Part shown: positions 27,716-31,910 of the stretch, piece after piece
How positions within the stretch are numbered: the stretch's first letter is position 1
Layout: each line of letters begins with the position of its first letter
Origin: a virus
Taxonomy: Duplodnaviria > Caudoviricetes
Direction: 5' to 3' (one strand)
Length of the DNA stretch: 31,910 nt
Virus record (IMG/VR): IMGVR_UViG_3300012663_000601
Span: 1 to 31,910 of that record
The notes under the pieces: model-generated
Databases searched by the model: none
Told to the model about the DNA's origin: nothing
What the model saw: the letters and a program-made list of their open reading frames with translations, nothing else
Made by a program: the position numbers and the translations under genes

Positions 27716-29323
27716 TTAGCTTAGATTAACCCATTGCGGTGTTGTTCCGCTTGTGTTTTGATAACCCTGGAACGTATTAGTTGTAGTGTTATAAATCATC
27801 ATTCCAAACGCTGGAGTTAATAGATCTCTCGCGACTGAAGTATACGAACCAGTTTGAACAATTGGAGCAATGAACGCACCGGTTTTGTTGAAACTAAATT
27901 GTCCTGATCCTGTTGCTAAATCATCGGTCCCGTTTCCTAACACTACTCTCATAGTTGTTGGTATTGATGTAGCACCGTTAGTTATTGTACCTTCTGTGGT
28001 AAATGCAAGTGCAGCAGCCTCAACAAATCCAACGCCGTTATGAGCTTGAACGGAATGTATATATAGTGGTCCATTTTCTAAGACTTTTAAGTTACTGTCA
28101 TTAGCTGATGAAATAAGTACTTCAACTACCGCCGAAGTCTCAATGCCGTCCCCAAGGTCAGCTACTTTTCCATCGAATATAAGGTGATCTTCTACAGTGA
28201 TGTTATTTCGAACTGCTATAGAACTAGCAATGTTTATTGTACTAGAGTCTGCAGAGGCAATTGACGAAGTAAAAACGTCACCGGATACAGTACCGCTTAG
28301 ATTTCCAATAACATTACCAGTAACATTACCAGTAACATTACCAGTAACATTACCAACTAACGTACTTTGTAGAATAGGTAATGTTACTGTAACATCTGTT
28401 AAATCTAAAGTAGTTCCACCAGCCATTGTTAAGTTACTGTATATGTTAATGCCATCACCAGGAATAACATCTAACACAACAGTATTACCAGCCGTAGCTC
28501 TTGCAGTAATGGTAAATGCACCGTTTAGGTTAGTAGAGATATTAGTGAGGAATCCATTACCGGTTATATCACCAGTTACATTACCTATTACATCACCTGT
28601 TAAATCTCCAAATAAACCACCAGCAGCTCTTACCTCATAAGTTGACGAATTAACAATTAAACCACCGGCTATTGTACTATCAGCGCCAGCAATATTAATA
28701 GCGTAGTTTAATCCTTCAATAACACCGTCACCTGTGCCTGTACCTGTTCCTGTACCGATAGCGACTCCGCCAACTGTACTTCCTGCTGGAAGTTGTACAG
28801 CACTGCCCGAAGCTGTAATAACTGCATTGCCTAGATGTAGACTAGTACCACTTAGGTACAAATCTCTAAATTTTAATCCGGACGAGCCAATATCATATGC
28901 TGAATCAGTATCTGGTATAATATTACCCTTAACTGTTCCGTTTAAGTTAATGCTAGCACGGATAGCGTCAACTAACGGTTCTCCGCCTAAACTAGAATCA
29001 TCTGGAAATACTGAACCTTCAAAAGCATCGGCTCTAATAGTTCCTGCATAATTTGAAAGTTCGATGTCTACTGTGGCATTAATATTGTTTCCGTCGTAAA
29101 CAAAGGATATTCCGCCGGTGTGTGTACCGCCGGTAAACATTGCTCCGGCAATATTTTTTACACCAGGTTCTGTGAGATTTGCTACGGCGGTTCCGCCGAG
29201 AGTAGTACCGTTACCAATATACAGTGTTCCTGTATTGGTTACGTAAAGTAGCTCCCCGCTTGCTAAGGGCTCCACCATTGCTGTACGTTGCGTTTCAGTT
29301 CCGCGTCTAACCTGCAAAGGCAT
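27716..29323 (-). CDS. Virion structural protein, tail fibre/adhesin-like
   Basis: N-terminal LQVRRGT...LASGELLYVTNTGTLYIGNG (Mtd/hyaluronidase-type N-domain), Gly/Thr-rich body, GNVT repeats, C-terminal GMMIYNTTTNTFQGY...W; AGGAG ribosome-binding site. Confidence 0.75.
   Translation of the reverse strand: MPLQVRRGTETQRTAMVEPLASGELLYVTNTGTLYIGNGTTLGGTAVANLTEPGVKNIAGAMFTGGTHTGGISFVYDGNNINATVDIELSNYAGTIRADAFEGSVFPDDSSLGGEPLVDAIRASINLNGTVKGNIIPDTDSAYDIGSSGLKFRDLYLSGTSLHLGNAVITASGSAVQLPAGSTVGGVAIGTGTGTGTGDGVIEGLNYAINIAGADSTIAGGLIVNSSTYEVRAAGGLFGDLTGDVIGNVTGDITGNGFLTNISTNLNGAFTITARATAGNTVVLDVIPGDGINIYSNLTMAGGTTLDLTDVTVTLPILQSTLVGNVTGNVTGNVTGNVIGNLSGTVSGDVFTSSIASADSSTINIASSIAVRNNITVEDHLIFDGKVADLGDGIETSAVVEVLISSANDSNLKVLENGPLYIHSVQAHNGVGFVEAAALAFTTEGTITNGATSIPTTMRVVLGNGTDDLATGSGQFSFNKTGAFIAPIVQTGSYTSVARDLLTPAFGMMIYNTTTNTFQGYQNTSGTTPQWVNLS
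28309..28356. repeat. Four 12 bp tandem repeats (TAACATTACCAG) encoding G-N-V-T
   Basis: Three exact copies plus one with a single mismatch, in frame within the virion gene. Confidence 0.9.
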
Positions 29324-29353
29324 AAAATATTCTCCTACGATCTTTTTATCGTG

Positions 29354-29360
29354 TATTTAT
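29354..29360 (-). promoter_or_regulatory. Putative late promoter ATAAATA for the virion gene
   Basis: ATAAATA about 30 nt upstream of ATG 29323. Confidence 0.6.
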
Positions 29361-29382
29361 GCCAACTGCAGATAACTGTATT

Positions 29383-29958
29383 TTATTGATATTCGATATC
29401 AGCAGCTAATATATATCTATATTTTTCGCTTTGTACAATTCCCGGACGGTGCCATTGATTAGACGGATACATCAACCATGTAAAATCGCTGGGTTTTACA
29501 AAGAATTTTCCGGGCTGATCGATGCCGTTTGGAGCCATTTCTGTACCGCAATAGTCGCGATCTTTTACATCTTCAGGTATGTGCAAATAGAAGATTCCGC
29601 TCATCATTTTGCTGTTAGGGTTTTGCGGATGCCAATGATTGTGCCACAGCGTTTCTCGATCTTCGGCACCCTGGAGATTTGTCATAAAACTCCAGGCCAT
29701 CATGTTGCTGACCTTTACTTCGCGGCCTAAGTACATGAACAGAGAAAATAAGAAGCTCATACGATACTTTAACCATACGGGCTCGGGTCTAGCAAAAATG
29801 TTTTCTTTGGTTTGGAATTTGGGAGAATTTTCGAAGTAATTTCCCGATGATACAATATCCTTTACTATTGATATTGCTTGTTGATTGTCGGCTTGCGTTA
29901 TTGTAGAACTAAAATCAAATTTTCTAAATGTGTCGTTGCTATCTATAACTGTCATCAT
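29383..29958 (-). CDS. Putative 2OG-Fe(II) oxygenase
   Basis: WHNH, SGIFYL, YPS..WH.P, RY.LAAD. Confidence 0.7.
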   Translation of the reverse strand: MMTVIDSNDTFRKFDFSSTITQADNQQAISIVKDIVSSGNYFENSPKFQTKENIFARPEPVWLKYRMSFLFSLFMYLGREVKVSNMMAWSFMTNLQGAEDRETLWHNHWHPQNPNSKMMSGIFYLHIPEDVKDRDYCGTEMAPNGIDQPGKFFVKPSDFTWLMYPSNQWHRPGIVQSEKYRYILAADIEYQ

Positions 29959-29959
29959 A

Positions 29960-30517
29960 TTATATAAAATTAAATGCTATCGATATTCTAGACTCGTTGG
30001 TTTGACTCATTTCTACTTGATGCCTAATATAACTAGGAAAAGTTACCATTAGTCCTTTTCTAGGCTCTTGTATTATTCTTCCTATATTATTTTCGTTCGG
30101 AGAATATTCATAGATGTGTTTATGAAAATCATCGGGTCTTTCAAGTACTAAAGCACCCGAATTTGTTGGCGCAGTAATGTATAATACTGAAGAAATTAAA
30201 CAGCCAGGATGAGTATGACTTGTATTGTAGCTGTATTTGTTGTTTACATTAAACCAGTAATTGCCCAATTTGGGTGTAGTTGTAATTCCTAAATCGTCAT
30301 AGACCTGCTGGATTTCTTGTAGTACTTCTTTTGTTAACTCATTCATAAAAAGTTTACTTTGAGTAAACGGTTTACTTTGCCATCCATACCTATTACTGCG
30401 TTGCTCGGTAGAGGGATTATGGTCTTTAAAATCTAAAATAGATCGTTCTATTTGATCAAGCGGAGTAGTTAAATCTGAAAAGTAAATGGAGGTAAAAAAA
30501 GGTGTAGACTTTTGCAT
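29960..30517 (-). CDS. TIGR02466-like 2OG-Fe(II) oxygenase
   Basis: SN.YGWQS, WFNVN, HTHPG, SSVLY, FPSYIRHQV, RISIAFN. Confidence 0.85.
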   Translation of the reverse strand: MQKSTPFFTSIYFSDLTTPLDQIERSILDFKDHNPSTEQRSNRYGWQSKPFTQSKLFMNELTKEVLQEIQQVYDDLGITTTPKLGNYWFNVNNKYSYNTSHTHPGCLISSVLYITAPTNSGALVLERPDDFHKHIYEYSPNENNIGRIIQEPRKGLMVTFPSYIRHQVEMSQTNESRISIAFNFI

Positions 30518-30533
30518 ACTGCCTTGACTATTA

Positions 30534-30607
30534 TGGAGCGGAGTGAGAGAATCGAACTCTCGACCGAAGATTGGAAATCTGCTGTTTTGCCATTAAACTA
30601 ACCCCGC
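30534..30607 (-). tRNA. tRNA-Gly(TCC)
   Basis: Cloverleaf with acceptor GCGGGGT/ACTCCGC, anticodon loop TTTCCAA, T-arm GAGAG-TTCGATT-CTCTC and encoded TCCA end. Confidence 0.95.
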
Positions 30608-30613
30608 ACTAAC

Positions 30614-31186
30614 TTAAATCAATCCTTCCGATTGCAATGTATTTACAACATCGTCACTTAGGGGAATCTCAGTTTTGATATTTGCTTCAAGAACTTCGTC
30701 GTTAAGTGATTGCTTTTGCTTCTTGAGGTTTTGAATCTCAGCCTTAGCCTGTTTGATCTGCTCTTGATCAACTACGCTAGTAGACACACTATCTTCACGA
30801 CCATAAAGGCTTGCTCGACTGTCTTCTTTACGTTCACGAATTTTTGACAGCTTGCCCATAATTACAGGCATGTCTAGTACCTCTTTGGCACTAGCAATTT
30901 GTTCCAACTGAACAATACGCTTGTCTACAAATGCTGCCTTTGCCAAAGCTAGATCAATACCCGAGGCATTATTAGCAGTACCTACCAACCCTCGGATATT
31001 ATAAAGGGCCAATAGCAATCGTTGACGCCGGCTGTCATTCTCAAACAATTTTGAGTTTGCGGCAGCTAGGGTAGTTAACGGTTCTTGAAACTCATTGATC
31101 TCAATAGAAGTGCTAATGTCAATGTTTCGGATAGCTTCATTGATAGCGTTTTGAATAGCGTTAGCTTTACGTAACGAAATTTTCAT
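30614..31186 (-). CDS. Helical coiled-coil protein, DIP1984/DUF6847-like
   Basis: All-helical heptad pattern. STSVVD...LNDEVLEANIKTEI resembles the DIP1984-family C-terminus as recalled. Confidence 0.5.
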   Translation of the reverse strand: MKISLRKANAIQNAINEAIRNIDISTSIEINEFQEPLTTLAAANSKLFENDSRRQRLLLALYNIRGLVGTANNASGIDLALAKAAFVDKRIVQLEQIASAKEVLDMPVIMGKLSKIRERKEDSRASLYGREDSVSTSVVDQEQIKQAKAEIQNLKKQKQSLNDEVLEANIKTEIPLSDDVVNTLQSEGLI

Positions 31187-31187
31187 A

Positions 31188-31418
31188 TTACATGCGTCCT
31201 TTTAAATTCTTCTTTGTCATCTTTTCTAAAAATTCTTTTTTTGTGTACAACCCTGCTTCGATTTCTCTTAGGGCTGTTACAATGGTTGTAGCATCAGTGT
31301 GCTCGAGTCGAGCCTTGGAGCCATTTTTTAACTCTCTTGCTCTCTGGCTAGCAATAAGTACTAGATCAAATCTACCACCAACCATCTCAGCTGCAAGTTC
31401 CGATGTAAATCGTGCCAT
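31188..31418 (-). CDS. rpoZ: DNA-directed RNA polymerase subunit omega
   Basis: MAR.T, GGRFDLVLIASQRAREL, ALREIEAG; AAGGA ribosome-binding site. Confidence 0.9.
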   Translation of the reverse strand: MARFTSELAAEMVGGRFDLVLIASQRARELKNGSKARLEHTDATTIVTALREIEAGLYTKKEFLEKMTKKNLKGRM

Positions 31419-31444
31419 TTATTTTCCTTTTATTTTTAACATAA

Positions 31445-31680
31445 CGGGTCAACGAAAGGTCAAGTAATAGACCGGACAATAGACAATGAAGAGTTGTAGT
31501 CTTCGTTGACAATGTGCAAAGTACAATACACAGAGGTCTATATATTTCCGATTAACAAATGACATTCTATTAGGGTCGGATCACATAAACACGGTCCAGT
31601 TTCAAGTTGGATTGTAAGTTCGGAGTAAGCATGAAGCTCACACCTTTGTGTCTATCCTCATCTACCTTTCATCTCACCGG
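31445..31680 (-). ncRNA. Candidate structured ncRNA (~236 nt, multibranched)
   Basis: Closing helix GAAAGGT/ACCTTTC with internal helices ATAGACAC/GTGTTTAT, TCCGA/TCGGA and ATAGACC/GGTCTAT plus nested hairpins; no credible ORF; promoter directly upstream. Confidence 0.7.
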
Positions 31681-31707
31681 TTAAGTTATTTCTAACCTAA
31701 CAAACTT

Positions 31708-31736
31708 ATTATACAACACTTATCTCGCAAAGTCAA
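31708..31736 (-). promoter_or_regulatory. sigma70-type promoter
   Basis: Minus strand TTGACT (31736-31731), 17 nt spacer, TATAAT (31713-31708). Confidence 0.8.
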
Positions 31737-31769
31737 CCTTTATTTGCAAATATAAATTAACTTGTTATA

Positions 31770-31859
31770 TGGCGGAATGACTGGGACTCGAACCCAGAAA
31801 GCGGCTTTCACCACTCGACGGATTAGCAATCCGCTCCAATACCATTATGGGACCATTCC
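31770..31859 (-). tRNA. tRNA-Ser(GCT)
   Basis: Acceptor GGAATGG/TCATTCC, anticodon arm GCGGA-TTGCTAA-TCCGT, long variable arm, encoded GCCA end. Confidence 0.95.
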
Positions 31860-31867
31860 AATTATTC

Positions 31868-31910
31868 TGGTGCGCAAGGAGAGACTCGAACTCTCAATCC
31901 TTTCGGCAGT
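31868..31910 (-). tRNA. 3' part of a class II tRNA, probably Leu (anticodon outside the window)
   Basis: Variable arm CCGAAAGG, T-arm GAGAG-TTCGAGT-CTCTC, CTTGCGC-ACCA with discriminator A. Confidence 0.8.

Noticed and set aside
28309-28356. CRISPR array or diversity-generating retroelement repeat
   Set aside because: These are contiguous in-frame 12-mers without spacers; no cas or reverse transcriptase gene is in the window.
1302-29839. Short alternative ORFs in the track (e.g. 1302..1499, 3717..4037, 7637..7987, 28197..28640, 28734..29051, 29431..29730)
   Set aside because: They lie antisense to longer motif-bearing genes and have no recognisable motifs; treated as shadow ORFs.
31192-31467. 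91 aa plus-strand ORF
   Set aside because: It is antisense to a clear rpoZ.
1-31910. Alternative genetic code or eukaryotic giant-virus origin
   Set aside because: Genes tile tightly under the standard bacterial code with TAA, TAG and TGA all used as stops. sigma70 promoters, Shine-Dalgarno sites and rpoZ point to a bacterial host.

Overview
AT-rich, gene-dense segment that reads as part of a large tailed-phage genome (inference from a tail-fibre-like gene, T4-type (A)TAAATA late-promoter motifs, CCA-encoding tRNAs and an orphan rpoZ outside its usual gmk/spoT context). Between minus-strand tRNA elements at both ends lies a ~27.5 kb block of tailoring enzymes in six alternating-strand operons. 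It holds 8 radical SAM proteins (one B12-dependent, one with a Tes/MJ0619-type N-terminus), 10 Fe(II)/2OG-type oxygenases (2 TauD-like with H-x-N), 2 QueC-like PP-loop proteins, 2 SGNH proteins, 2 degenerate kinase-like proteins, 2 methyltransferases, an amidinotransferase, a PLP enzyme, an SDR, a GNAT-like and an ATE-like transferase. Downstream are the virion protein, two more 2OG oxygenases, tRNA-Gly, a DIP1984-like coiled-coil gene, rpoZ, a ~236 nt structured ncRNA candidate with its own sigma70 promoter, tRNA-Ser and a partial tRNA. An oversized tRNA-like RNA sits at the left edge. All family calls come from reading motifs by eye; no database search was run.
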